64,000 nucleotides of DNA, taken from positions 32,001 to 96,000 of the forward strand of contig JAVKHO010000009.1 in assembly GCA_031459915.1 (NCBI GenBank), in the 5' to 3' direction. Origin of the DNA: Candidatus Tepidifontimicrobium thermophilum. GTDB taxonomy: Bacteria > Sysuimicrobiota > Sysuimicrobiia > Sysuimicrobiales > Sysuimicrobiaceae. Position numbers and translations under genes: made by a program. How positions within the stretch are numbered: position 1 is the stretch's first letter; the number at the start of each line of letters is the position of its first letter. Of this stretch, positions 11,779-21,073 are shown piece by piece. The notes beneath the pieces are model-generated. The model searched no databases, was not told the origin of the DNA, and saw only the letters and a list, made by a program, of their open reading frames with translations.

Positions 11779-12957
11779 ATGGAGGTGGTGCTGTCCGCAG
11801 TGGCTTCCCGTCTCGGGACGGAGACGGCCTTCGAGGTGCTGAGCCGGGCGAGGGCCCTGGAACGGCTGGGCCGGCACGTGGTGCACCTGGAGATCGGCGA
11901 ACCCGATTTTGACACCCCGGCGCACGTGGTGGACGCGGCGGTGGCGGCCCTGCGCGAGGGTCACACGCACTACACGCCGTCTCCGGGCATCGCGGAGCTG
12001 CGGGAGGCGGTGGCCCGGTACGTGTCCCGCACCCGCGGGATCCCCGTGGACCCCAAAGAGGTGGTGGTGACCCCGGGCGGCAAGCCCGTCATGGCCTTTA
12101 CGGTCCTCGCCCTGGTGGATCCGGGGGACGAGGTGGTGTACCCGGACCCGGGCTTCCCCATCTACGAGTCCCTGGTGCGGTGGGTAGGTGCGGTGCCCAG
12201 ACCGCTGCGTCTCCGGGAGGAGCGGGGCTTCCGCGTGGACCCGGAAGAGCTGGCGGCCCTGGTCGGTCCGCGGACGAAGCTCGTGATCCTGAACTCACCC
12301 CACAACCCGTGCGGGTCGGTGCTCTCGCGGGAGGACGTGGAGGCCATCGCGGAGGTGTGCCTGCGCAGCAGGACGTGGGTGCTGTCGGACGAGATCTACA
12401 GCCGCATCCTGTACGACGCCCAGCACCACAGCATCGCCGCGGTGCCGGGGATGCGGGAGCGCACCGTCATCCTGGACGGGTTCAGCAAGACGTACGCCAT
12501 GACCGGCTGGCGGCTCGGCTACGGGGTCATGCCGGCCAGGCTGGCGGAGGCGGTGACACGCTTTGCGGTGAACGTGTACTCGTGCCCGGCCGCCTTCTCT
12601 CAGGTGGCAGGGCTCGCGGCTCTGGAGGGCCCTCAGGAAGCCGTGGACGCCATGGTGGCGGAGTTCCGGCGCCGCCGGGACCGCGTGGTGGCGGGGCTGA
12701 ACGCAATTGACGGCATCCGGTGCACGACCCCGCAGGGGGCCTTCTACGCCTTCCCCAACGTGAGCGCGCTGGACCCGGACGGCAAAGCGTTCGCGGACTA
12801 CCTGCTGGAGGAAGCCGGCGTGGCGGTGCTGAGCGGCACCGCGTTCGGCGAGGGAGGGCGAGGCTACCTGCGGATCTCGTACGCCACCAGCCTCCAGAAC
12901 CTGGAGCTGGCCCTGGACCGCATCGCGTCGGCGGCCGCGGCCTTCCGGCGTCGCTAG
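11779..12957 (+). CDS. PLP-dependent class I/II (aspartate-type) aminotransferase
   Basis: GEPDFDTP, NSPHNPCG, SDEIY, GFSKTYAMTGWRLG; ATG after GGAGGAGG. Confidence 0.9.
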   Translation: MEVVLSAVASRLGTETAFEVLSRARALERLGRHVVHLEIGEPDFDTPAHVVDAAVAALREGHTHYTPSPGIAELREAVARYVSRTRGIPVDPKEVVVTPGGKPVMAFTVLALVDPGDEVVYPDPGFPIYESLVRWVGAVPRPLRLREERGFRVDPEELAALVGPRTKLVILNSPHNPCGSVLSREDVEAIAEVCLRSRTWVLSDEIYSRILYDAQHHSIAAVPGMRERTVILDGFSKTYAMTGWRLGYGVMPARLAEAVTRFAVNVYSCPAAFSQVAGLAALEGPQEAVDAMVAEFRRRRDRVVAGLNAIDGIRCTTPQGAFYAFPNVSALDPDGKAFADYLLEEAGVAVLSGTAFGEGGRGYLRISYATSLQNLELALDRIASAAAAFRRR

Positions 12958-12999
12958 GCGGGTATCCGGACCGTGGCCGCCGCGGGTGCCGCGCAGCGG

Positions 13000-13346
13000 C
13001 TACTCCTCGTACAGCACCACCCCCTCCTCCAGCTGCCGCCGCCAGCGGGCGGCGGCAGCCCGGAACTCACCCTCCGCGAACACGTGGGGTTCCAGGTTGC
13101 GCAGCCCGACTGCCCTGCGCACCACGGCGAAGGCGTCCGGCCGGGGTGGGTCTGCGTACACCACCAGCAGGTCCACGTCGCTGGCCGCGGTGAAGTCCCC
13201 CCGCGCGCACGAGCCGAACAACACGACCCGCCGCAGGGCAGGAGCCCGCGCAGACGTGGAACCGCCGCCTGCAGGGCGTCGAGCACCTGCTGGCGGCTAT
13301 AGCGCGGCGAGGAGATCCTCACAGAACCCGAGGATGCGCGCCGCAT
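13000..13346 (-). pseudogene. Minimal nucleotidyltransferase (MNT) antitoxin, frameshifted
   Basis: N-terminus MRRASSGSVRISSPRYS..LLP lies in one frame and LRRVVLFGSCARGDFTAASDVDLLVV in another. One base is missing in the C-run (plus-strand GGG 13236-13238). Could be a sequencing error. Confidence 0.7.
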
Positions 13347-13689
13347 AGCCCAGCAACCGTTCCGCTTCGCCCCGCGTGTACAGGTACCGGGGAGCTCCCC
13401 GCTGGTGGGCGTTCGGGTACCGGGCGGGGATGTAGGCCTTGTCCAGCTCCAGCGCCAGCTGGTGCAGCTCTTCGGGAACGGCCCGCAGGTCGGCCAGCTC
13501 CTCCAGCAGCCCCGCCACCGAGTGGCCCCAGGCTTCCTTCCCCAGTTTCTGGAAGACCGCCTTCACGGCTTTTCCCGCGGCCTGCTGGGCGGAGAAGCAC
13601 GCCCACTCGTAGAACCCGCCCTGCACGTCGAACCGTGCGTGCTCGAGGTCTCCCCGCGCCTGCTCCATCCAGTCCGCGCTGCGCTCCAC
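13297..13689 (-). CDS. HEPN domain protein
   Basis: DWMEQARGDLEHA, YEWACFSAQQAA.KAVKA, WGHSV, LDKAYIPARYPNAH; overlaps MNT start. Confidence 0.88.
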   Translation of the reverse strand: MERSADWMEQARGDLEHARFDVQGGFYEWACFSAQQAAGKAVKAVFQKLGKEAWGHSVAGLLEELADLRAVPEELHQLALELDKAYIPARYPNAHQRGAPRYLYTRGEAERLLGYAARILGFCEDLLAAL

Positions 13690-13759
13690 CGGCTCCTCCC
13701 TAACCCCGGGGGACGGTCTGCGCCCCGCCCCATGGTACCTCGGCGGGCCTCGCGGGTGG

Positions 13760-13794
13760 TCAAATTCGCCTGTCTGCCGCGTTCACTCGGTGGA
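13760..13794 (+). promoter_or_regulatory. Shared motif copy 2 upstream of comM-dprA
   Basis: TCAAATTC...GCCGCGTTCACTCGGTGGA; matches the element before comF. Confidence 0.55.
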
Positions 13795-13833
13795 AGACCC
13801 CAGGGCCGCGGGTCCGGCCGGGGAGGGAGGAGC

Positions 13834-15354
13834 ATGCTGGCGAAGGTGCGGTCGAGCTCGGTGCTCGGGCTGGAGGCCTACCCCGTGGAGGTGGAAGTGG
13901 ACGTAGCCACCGGGTTGCCGGGGTTTGCCATCGTGGGGCTGCCGGACACCGCGGTGCAGGAGGCCAAGGAGCGGGTGCGGGCGGCCATCAAGAACGCCAA
14001 CTTCGAGGTCCCCACCCGACGCATCACCGTGAACCTGGCACCCGCGGACGTGCGCAAGGAGGGCCCCAGCTTCGACCTTCCCATGGCGGTGGCGGTCCTG
14101 GCGGCCACAGGTCAGCTGCCCGCAGAAGCGTGCGAGGGGACCCTGTTCCTGGGCGAGCTGAGCCTGGACGGGGCCGTACGGCCGACCAACGGCGTGCTGT
14201 CGGCGGCCCTGCACGCGGCCCGGTCCGGGCTGCGGCGGCTGGTGGTCCCCGCGGACAACGCACAGGAGGCAGCCATCGTGCCCGGAGTGGAGGTGTACGG
14301 GGTTTCGCATCTGTTGGAGGCCGCGCGGTTTTTGTCCGGGGAGCTGTTGCTGACCCCCGTGACCTCCAACGGCGCCCACGAGCCCGAGCCGGACGAGGAG
14401 GTCGACTTCTCCGAGGTACGGGGCCAGGAACACGCCAAACGGGCCCTGGAGATCGCGGCCGCGGGCGGCCACAACGTCCTGCTGGTGGGTCCCCCGGGCT
14501 CCGGGAAGACCATGCTGGCGCGTCGGCTGCCCACCATCCTTCCGCCCATGACGTGGGAGGAGGCGGTGGAGGTGACCCGCATCTACAGCGCCGCGGGCGC
14601 GCTGCCGGCCAGGGGTGCCCTGATGCGTCGCCGGCCGTTCCGGGCTCCTCACCACACGGCCAGTTACGCGGCCCTGCTAGGCGGCGGGAACGTGCCGCGC
14701 CCAGGTGAGGTAAGCCTGGCGCACCACGGGGTCCTGTTCTTGGACGAGCTACCGGAGTTCCACCGGGACGCCCTGGAGGCGCTGCGCCAGCCCCTGGAGG
14801 AAGGTCGGGTGACGCTGGCGCGTGCCGCGGTCACGGTGACGTTCCCCGCCCGGTTCACCCTGGTGGCCGCCATGAACCCCTGCCCCTGCGGCAGCCGCGG
14901 GGACCGGCTCCGCGAGTGCTCCTGCACGCCCTCCCAGGTGCGCCGCTACCAGGCCAAGGTCTCAGGGCCCCTGCTGGATCGTATCGACCTGCACGTGGAG
15001 GTCCCGCGTCTGGAGAGCCGCACGCTGCTGGACGGGCAGACGGGTGAGCCCTCCTCCGTCATTCGGGACCGGGTGGCCCGGGCGCGGCGGCTGCAGGAGC
15101 AGCGGTACGCAGGGAAATCCTACCGCTGTAACGCGCACGCCCCCGGCCGGGTTCTGCGGAAGGTGGCTACCCCGGACGCCGCGGGCCGGGAGCTGCTGCG
15201 GGCCGCCATCGAGCGGCTGGGCCTGTCCGCCCGCGCCTACGATCGCGTTCTGCGCGTGGCCCGCACCATTGCCGATCTGGAGGGTTCGGAGAACGTCACA
15301 GCCGCGCACGTGGCCGAGGCCATCCAGTACCGTTCCCTGGATCGCACCCGATGA
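13834..15354 (+). CDS. comM: YifB/ComM family Mg-chelatase-like AAA+ ATPase
   Basis: IVGLPDTAVQEAKERV, GPPGSGKT, RPFRAPHHT, PGEVSLAHHGVLFLDELPEF, AAMNPCPCG. Confidence 0.92.
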   Translation: MLAKVRSSSVLGLEAYPVEVEVDVATGLPGFAIVGLPDTAVQEAKERVRAAIKNANFEVPTRRITVNLAPADVRKEGPSFDLPMAVAVLAATGQLPAEACEGTLFLGELSLDGAVRPTNGVLSAALHAARSGLRRLVVPADNAQEAAIVPGVEVYGVSHLLEAARFLSGELLLTPVTSNGAHEPEPDEEVDFSEVRGQEHAKRALEIAAAGGHNVLLVGPPGSGKTMLARRLPTILPPMTWEEAVEVTRIYSAAGALPARGALMRRRPFRAPHHTASYAALLGGGNVPRPGEVSLAHHGVLFLDELPEFHRDALEALRQPLEEGRVTLARAAVTVTFPARFTLVAAMNPCPCGSRGDRLRECSCTPSQVRRYQAKVSGPLLDRIDLHVEVPRLESRTLLDGQTGEPSSVIRDRVARARRLQEQRYAGKSYRCNAHAPGRVLRKVATPDAAGRELLRAAIERLGLSARAYDRVLRVARTIADLEGSENVTAAHVAEAIQYRSLDRTR

Positions 15355-16493
15355 CGGAACGCGAAGCGTGGGTTTTGCTGAATGCCGCTCCGGGCGTGTC
15401 CGTGCGGGTCAAGCACCGGCTGGTGGAGGCTGCCGGGAGCGCGCAGGGGGCGGTGGCCCTGGGCGCGCCGACGCTCGCGGAGTTGGTCGGGCAACGGTGC
15501 GCCCGTAGGCTCTGGGAGTTCTTGCGGCGCGTCCGTCCTGCCGCATTGCTGGAGGACGCAAGCCGGTGCGGCGCGCAGGTGGTGACCCTGGCGGATCCCG
15601 AGTACCCGCAGGCCCTCCGCGAGATTCCGGACCCGCCGCTCGCCCTGTACGTGCGGGGTCGCCTGCCCGACGGTGTCCGGGTGGCGGTGGTCGGGAGCCG
15701 GAATCCCTCTCCGGACGGCGAGTACGTGGCCCGGCGCATGGCCGCGGAGCTCGCAACGGCCGGCGTGTGCGTGGTGAGCGGGCTGGCGAGGGGGATCGAC
15801 GCCGCGGCGCACCGAGGTGCCCTGGAAGTCAGAGGTCCCACGGTGGCGGTGCTGGGCTGCGGGGTGGACGTGGGCTACCCCGCGGGGCACGAGGACCTGG
15901 CAGACCAGGTGGCCGCCTGCGGAGCCGTGGTGAGCGAGTACCCTCCGGGTACCCCACCGGCCAAACACCACTTCCCCCTGCGGAACCGCCTCATCAGCGG
16001 GCTGTCGCACGCCGTGGTGGTGGTGGAGGCTACCCTGCGAAGCGGCGCCCTGATCACCGCGGACTTGGCCCTGGAGCAGGGCCGGGAGGTGTTCGCAGTA
16101 CCGGGCAGCGTGCTGAACCCGCGGTCCGCGGGGCCCCACCGCCTTCTCCGGGAGGGCGCGGGGTGGGCGGAGTCCGCGGCAGACGTGCTGCAGGCCCTGG
16201 GCATCGCTCCGGGCCCGTCCCCGCAACACCCCGTGGGGCCCCTGGAAGCACGCGTGCTGGAGTGCCTGCGGGAGCCGCGCTTCCCGGACGAACTGGTGGG
16301 CGCGGGGCTGGGTACCGCGGGCGCCGTGAGCGCGCTGCTGGTGTCCCTGGAGGTGCGCGGGTTGGTGCAGCGCCTTCCTGGAGGCCGTTACGTGAGCCAG
16401 GTGGGCCAGCAACCCCGCGCGGGTGGGTGCCCCGCAGAGGAGAACGGTGCGCGGTCGGGGTTCTCCCACCGAGACCGGACCCGAACCCCTTGA
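15351..16493 (+). CDS. dprA: DNA-processing protein DprA
   Basis: YPQALREIPDPP, AVVGSR, VSGLARGIDAAAH, FPLRNRLISGLS, SGALITA; ATGA overlap with comM. Confidence 0.93.
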   Translation: MTEREAWVLLNAAPGVSVRVKHRLVEAAGSAQGAVALGAPTLAELVGQRCARRLWEFLRRVRPAALLEDASRCGAQVVTLADPEYPQALREIPDPPLALYVRGRLPDGVRVAVVGSRNPSPDGEYVARRMAAELATAGVCVVSGLARGIDAAAHRGALEVRGPTVAVLGCGVDVGYPAGHEDLADQVAACGAVVSEYPPGTPPAKHHFPLRNRLISGLSHAVVVVEATLRSGALITADLALEQGREVFAVPGSVLNPRSAGPHRLLREGAGWAESAADVLQALGIAPGPSPQHPVGPLEARVLECLREPRFPDELVGAGLGTAGAVSALLVSLEVRGLVQRLPGGRYVSQVGQQPRAGGCPAEENGARSGFSHRDRTRTP

Positions 16494-16530
16494 CAAGGAT
16501 CCGCACAAAGGGCCAAAACTAAACCAAAAG
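16490..16530 (+). promoter_or_regulatory. Putative sigma-70 promoter and A-rich operator of the amine catabolic operon
   Basis: Perfect TTGACA at 16490-16495 followed by the A-rich tract AAAGGGCCAAAACTAAACCAAAA; the -10 is unclear. Confidence 0.4.
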
Positions 16531-16543
16531 CCCGGAGGCCGGG

Positions 16544-18001
16544 ATGGGGGGACTTCCGCGTTACCCGCTGTGGATTGCCGGTGAGTCCGTCCCCGCGGCT
16601 TCCGGACAGACCCTCACCCTGCTGGATCCCGCTTCACAGGAGCCCTTGGCGGAGGTCGCCTCCGCGGGACCCGAGGACGTGGAACGCGCGGTAGGTGCCG
16701 CCCACCGCGCGTTCACCGCGGGCCCCTGGCGCAGGCTGAACACCCGTGAGCGGGGTCGCCTCCTCCTTCGGGTCGCGGACCTCATCCGGCAACACGCAGA
16801 GGAGTTGGCCCGCACCGAGAGCCGCAACGTGGGCAAGCCCATCCGGGAAGCCCGGGAGGAAGTGCAGCTGGCTGCGGACTGTTTCGAGTACTACGCGGGA
16901 GCGGTGAACAAGGTAGGCGGCCACACGGTGCCGGTGGCGGCCCCGGGCGTCAGCCTGACCTTCCGCGAACCGATCGGCGTCTGCGCCCTGATCGTGCCCT
17001 GGAACTTCCCCATCGCCATCACCTCCTGGAAGCTGGCGCCTGCGCTGGCCATGGGGAACACGGTGGTGATCAAGCCCGCCACGCAGACCCCCCTCACCGC
17101 CCTGCGCTTGGCAGAGCTGGTGGCCGAAGCCGGTATTCCTCCGGGTGTGGTGAACGTGCTGCCGGGTCCAGGCGGCGTGGTGGGCGGCGCTCTGATCCGC
17201 CACCCCTTGGTCCGGAAGGTTTCCTTCACAGGGTCCACCGAGGTGGGCCGCGAGATCCTGCGATCCAGCGCCGACGGGATCAAGCGGGTGACCCTGGAGC
17301 TGGGCGGAAAGTCTGCCAACATCGTGTTCGCGGACGCGGACCTGGAGCGGGCGGTAGCTTCGGCGGCGTGGAGCGCTCTGGGCAACGCGGGGCAGGACTG
17401 CTGTGCCCGCAGCCGGCTCCTCGTGGAACGCCGGGTCTTCGACACCTTCGTCACCCGCTTGGGGGAGCTGGTCCAGCAGATCCGCCTCGGCGACCCCCTG
17501 GACGAGCAGACGGAGATGGGCCCCCTCGTGAGCCTCGCGCACCGCGAGCGGGTGCGTGGGTACGTGACGGTGGGCCAGGAGGAGGGGGCGCGTCTTCTGT
17601 GTGGGGGAGACGTGCCGCTGGACGGTCCCTTAAGCCGCGGCGCCTACCTGCGCCCGGCCATCTTCGTGGACGTCCGCCCAGCCATGCGGATCATGCAGGA
17701 GGAGATCTTCGGCCCGGTGATCTGCGCCATGCCCTTCGACACGGAGGAGGAGGCGGTGGCCATCGCCAACGACAGCCGCTACGGCCTTTCGGGCTCCGTG
17801 TGGACCCGCGACGTGGGCCGCGCCCTGCGGGTAGCCCGCGCCTTGGAGACCGGGGTGTTGTCGGTGAACTCCGGCCACAGCGTCCACCTGGAGGCCCCCT
17901 TCGGGGGCGTGAAGGAGAGCGGGGTGGGGCGGGAGCTGGGCCTGGCGGTCCTCGACCACTACAGCGAGTGGAAGAGTGTGTTCGTGGACACGCGGCCCTG
18001 A
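16544..18001 (+). CDS. Aldehyde dehydrogenase
   Basis: IVPWNFP, FTGSTEVG, LELGGKS, NAGQDCCA, EEIFGPV, PFGGVKESG. Confidence 0.93.
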   Translation: MGGLPRYPLWIAGESVPAASGQTLTLLDPASQEPLAEVASAGPEDVERAVGAAHRAFTAGPWRRLNTRERGRLLLRVADLIRQHAEELARTESRNVGKPIREAREEVQLAADCFEYYAGAVNKVGGHTVPVAAPGVSLTFREPIGVCALIVPWNFPIAITSWKLAPALAMGNTVVIKPATQTPLTALRLAELVAEAGIPPGVVNVLPGPGGVVGGALIRHPLVRKVSFTGSTEVGREILRSSADGIKRVTLELGGKSANIVFADADLERAVASAAWSALGNAGQDCCARSRLLVERRVFDTFVTRLGELVQQIRLGDPLDEQTEMGPLVSLAHRERVRGYVTVGQEEGARLLCGGDVPLDGPLSRGAYLRPAIFVDVRPAMRIMQEEIFGPVICAMPFDTEEEAVAIANDSRYGLSGSVWTRDVGRALRVARALETGVLSVNSGHSVHLEAPFGGVKESGVGRELGLAVLDHYSEWKSVFVDTRP

Positions 18002-18039
18002 AACCGGCAGGGGAGACCACCGAGAAGGGAGGGGGAAGC

Positions 18040-19131
18040 ATGGAGGGGAACGGCGTCAGCCGCAGACAGTTTCTCAAGCGGGGAGCGTCGTCCATGGCGG
18101 CCACCATCGCCGCGGCGGCGCTCGCGCGTATGGGGATCCACCCTCGAGAGGTACGGGCTCAGGAGCGGCGCCAGCCCAGGATCAAGTGGCGGATGCAGAC
18201 CTACGCGGGCACCACCCTGGGCCAGCACGTGATCAAGCCGTCCGTCGATGCCTTTAACCTCGCGGCCAACGGGGAGATGGTCATCGAGCTGTACTATGCA
18301 GACCAGCTGGTGCCTCAGGGCGAGCTCATCAAGGCCCTGCAGCGGGGCGTGCTGGACGCGGTGCAGACGGACGAGGACTCTGCCCAGTCCCCGGTGGACG
18401 TCTCGGTGTTCGGCGCGTACTTCCCCTTCGCCACCGAGTACTCCCTGGACGTGGCGACCCTGTTCCACTGGTACGGCCTGGACAAGATCTGGCGGGAGGC
18501 GTACGCGAAGGTCCCGAACGTCACCTGGCTCAGCGCGGGTTCCTGGGACCCGTGCAACTTCGCCACCACCAAGCCCATCCGTTCCCTCAAGGACCTGAGG
18601 GGGCTGCGGGTCTACATGTTCCCCACTGGAGGCCGGTTCATGCAGCGGTTCGGGGTGGTCCCGGTGTCCCTGCCCTACGCGGACGTACAGATGGCCATCC
18701 AGACCGGGGAGCTGGACGGCGTGGCGTGGAGCGGGATCACGGAGGTGTACACGGTGGGCTGGGCCGATGTGACCCGGTACTACCTCACGAACCCCATCTC
18801 GGGGGCGTGGATCGGTTCCTACCTGGTCAACACCCGCAGTTGGGAACGTCTGCCGCGCCACCTGCAGACCCTCTTCCGGCTGTGCATCGACTCCTCCCAC
18901 TACTACCGCCTGCACTGGTACTGGTGGGGGGAGGCCCACTATCGCGTGAAGGGCGGGAAGCTGAAGCTGACCTCCATCCCGGAGAAGGAGTGGGACACGG
19001 TGCGGAAGGAGGCGTACAAGTTCTGGGACGAGGTGGCCAAGCGCAGCCCGCGGACAGCCCAGGTGGTGAAGATCCTGCGCGAGTACGCGGAGGTCATGCG
19101 CAGAGCAGGCCCGCCCTACCGCTGCGGCTGA
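18040..19131 (+). CDS. dctP: TRAP transporter solute-binding protein with Tat signal
   Basis: SRRQFLK twin-arginine signal, IKWRMQT, DQLVP..EL, LKDLRGLRV; followed by DctQ and DctM. Confidence 0.85.
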   Translation: MEGNGVSRRQFLKRGASSMAATIAAAALARMGIHPREVRAQERRQPRIKWRMQTYAGTTLGQHVIKPSVDAFNLAANGEMVIELYYADQLVPQGELIKALQRGVLDAVQTDEDSAQSPVDVSVFGAYFPFATEYSLDVATLFHWYGLDKIWREAYAKVPNVTWLSAGSWDPCNFATTKPIRSLKDLRGLRVYMFPTGGRFMQRFGVVPVSLPYADVQMAIQTGELDGVAWSGITEVYTVGWADVTRYYLTNPISGAWIGSYLVNTRSWERLPRHLQTLFRLCIDSSHYYRLHWYWWGEAHYRVKGGKLKLTSIPEKEWDTVRKEAYKFWDEVAKRSPRTAQVVKILREYAEVMRRAGPPYRCG

Positions 19132-19165
19132 CGAGTCCGCGCCGACTGCGGAGCCCTGCGGACAG

Positions 19166-19723
19166 ATGAGCCAGCTTCCCGTGGATCCCGTGGCCCCGTC
19201 GATCCGGCGGATGCCCCGACCCGTGGTGGTCTACGTACGGGGGGTGGAGCGCTTAGGCCGGGCCGTGGGGGCGTTGGCCATGGTCCTCACCTTCGTTCTA
19301 GCTGCCATCCTGCTGGAAGCGTCCGTGGCGCGGTTGGCCTTCGGGACCTCCCACATCTGGAGCGTGGAGCTGGCGCAGTTCACCATGTCCGCGTACTACC
19401 TCCTCGGCGGGGCGCTGTCCGAACAGGACGCGGTCCACGTGCGAATGGACCTCTTCTACAGCCGTCTCAGCCCCCGCGCCAAGCTGGTGATGGACTGCCT
19501 GACGACTCCCCTCGTCCTGGTGTACCTCGCCTTCCTTTTCTACGGTGGCATCCGCAGCAGTCTCTGGGCCATCGAGAACAACCAGGTGAACTACACGCCG
19601 TGGGCGCCCCCCATGGCGCCCATCAAGCTCATCATGACCGCAGGGATGGGGCTGATGCTCCTGCAGCAGCTGGCCATCTTCTTCAAGGACCTGGCGCGCC
19701 TGCTCGGGAGGGCGATGGAGTGA
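19166..19723 (+). CDS. dctQ: TRAP small permease
   Basis: About 4 TM helices, WSVELAQF, HVRMDLFY. Confidence 0.85.
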   Translation: MSQLPVDPVAPSIRRMPRPVVVYVRGVERLGRAVGALAMVLTFVLAAILLEASVARLAFGTSHIWSVELAQFTMSAYYLLGGALSEQDAVHVRMDLFYSRLSPRAKLVMDCLTTPLVLVYLAFLFYGGIRSSLWAIENNQVNYTPWAPPMAPIKLIMTAGMGLMLLQQLAIFFKDLARLLGRAME

Positions 19724-21051
19724 GCCACAACGCCATCGCCCTCCTCATGTTCCTCTCCATGATGGCCCTGCTGGCCACCGGCCAGCGGATGTACGCGGTC
19801 ATCGGGTTCGTGGGCGTGGCGGCAGCGGTGGGGCTATGGGGTCCGGAGACCGCGGAGATGCCCTTCGACGCCGCCATCACCACCCTGAACTGGTACCCGC
19901 TGCTCACCCTGCCCATGTTCGTGTTCATGGGGTACATGTTCGCGGAGACGGGGATCGCCAACGACCTGTACTACATGTTCCACGTGTGGTCTGGTCCCCT
20001 CCGGGGCGGGCTGGCGGTGGGGACCATCCTGATGATGGTCCTGATCGCGGCCATCAACGGGCTCAGCGTGGCAGGGCTGGCGATCGGCGCCACCGTGGCC
20101 CTGCCGGAAATGCTCCGACGGGGCTACGACAAGGTCATGGTCACGGGAGTGATCCAGGCGGGGAGTACGCTGGGGATCATGATCCCGCCCAGCGTGGTCC
20201 TGGTGCTGTACGGGATGATCGCCCGCGTCCCCGTGGGGCAGCTGTGGTTCGCGGGGATCCTGCCCGGGCTGCTCCTGGGCGGACTGTTCATCCTGTACGT
20301 GCTGATCCGGTGCTGGCTGCAACCCGAGCTGGGGCCCCCCCTGCCGAAGGAAGAGCTGGAGAGGATCACGTGGGGAGAGAAGCTGCGGCTGCTGCGCGCG
20401 GGGATCATCCCCCTCGTGATCTTCGTTTCCATGACGGGGCTGTTCCTGGCTGGGGTGACCAGCCTCGTGGAGTCCTCGGCGGTGGGGATGCTGGCCACCA
20501 CCCTGGCTGCGGCGGTCCGGCGACGGCTCACCTGGCGGGCTCTGGTGGAGGCCACCCGCAAGACGCTCGGCGTGAGCTGCGTGTTCATGTGGATCATCCA
20601 GGCCGCGTTGCTGTTCTCCGCGGTGTTCGACGGACTCGGTGCCAGCCGGGCCCTGGAGGAGCTGTTCCTGGGGCAGTGGCACCTTTCGCCCTGGGCAGTG
20701 ATCGCCATGATGCAGGCTTCCTTCCTGTTCATGGGGACCTTCCTGGACGACACCGCCATGCTGGTCATCGTGGCCCCCCTGTACGTGCCCCTGGTGAAGA
20801 AGCTAGGGTTCGACCTCGTGTGGTACGGGGTGCTGTACACGATCACCTGCCAGGTCGCGTACATGACGCCGCCCTTCGGCTACAACCTGTTCCTCATGCG
20901 GGCCATGGCACCGCCGGAGATCACCCTGGCGGACATCTACCGGTCCATCACGCCCTTCGTACTGGTGATGATCCTGGGACTGGTGATCGTGATGGCGTTC
21001 CCGCAGATCGCGACCTGGCTGCCGGAGCTGTACTTCCGGCGTAGCGGATAG
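19720..21051 (+). CDS. dctM: TRAP large permease
   Basis: LLTLPMFVFMG, PEMLRRGY, GSTLGIMIPPS, TPPFGYNLF; GTGA overlap. Confidence 0.9.
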   Translation: MSHNAIALLMFLSMMALLATGQRMYAVIGFVGVAAAVGLWGPETAEMPFDAAITTLNWYPLLTLPMFVFMGYMFAETGIANDLYYMFHVWSGPLRGGLAVGTILMMVLIAAINGLSVAGLAIGATVALPEMLRRGYDKVMVTGVIQAGSTLGIMIPPSVVLVLYGMIARVPVGQLWFAGILPGLLLGGLFILYVLIRCWLQPELGPPLPKEELERITWGEKLRLLRAGIIPLVIFVSMTGLFLAGVTSLVESSAVGMLATTLAAAVRRRLTWRALVEATRKTLGVSCVFMWIIQAALLFSAVFDGLGASRALEELFLGQWHLSPWAVIAMMQASFLFMGTFLDDTAMLVIVAPLYVPLVKKLGFDLVWYGVLYTITCQVAYMTPPFGYNLFLMRAMAPPEITLADIYRSITPFVLVMILGLVIVMAFPQIATWLPELYFRRSG

Positions 21052-21073
21052 CGCGTGTGGAGGAGGTGAGCGG

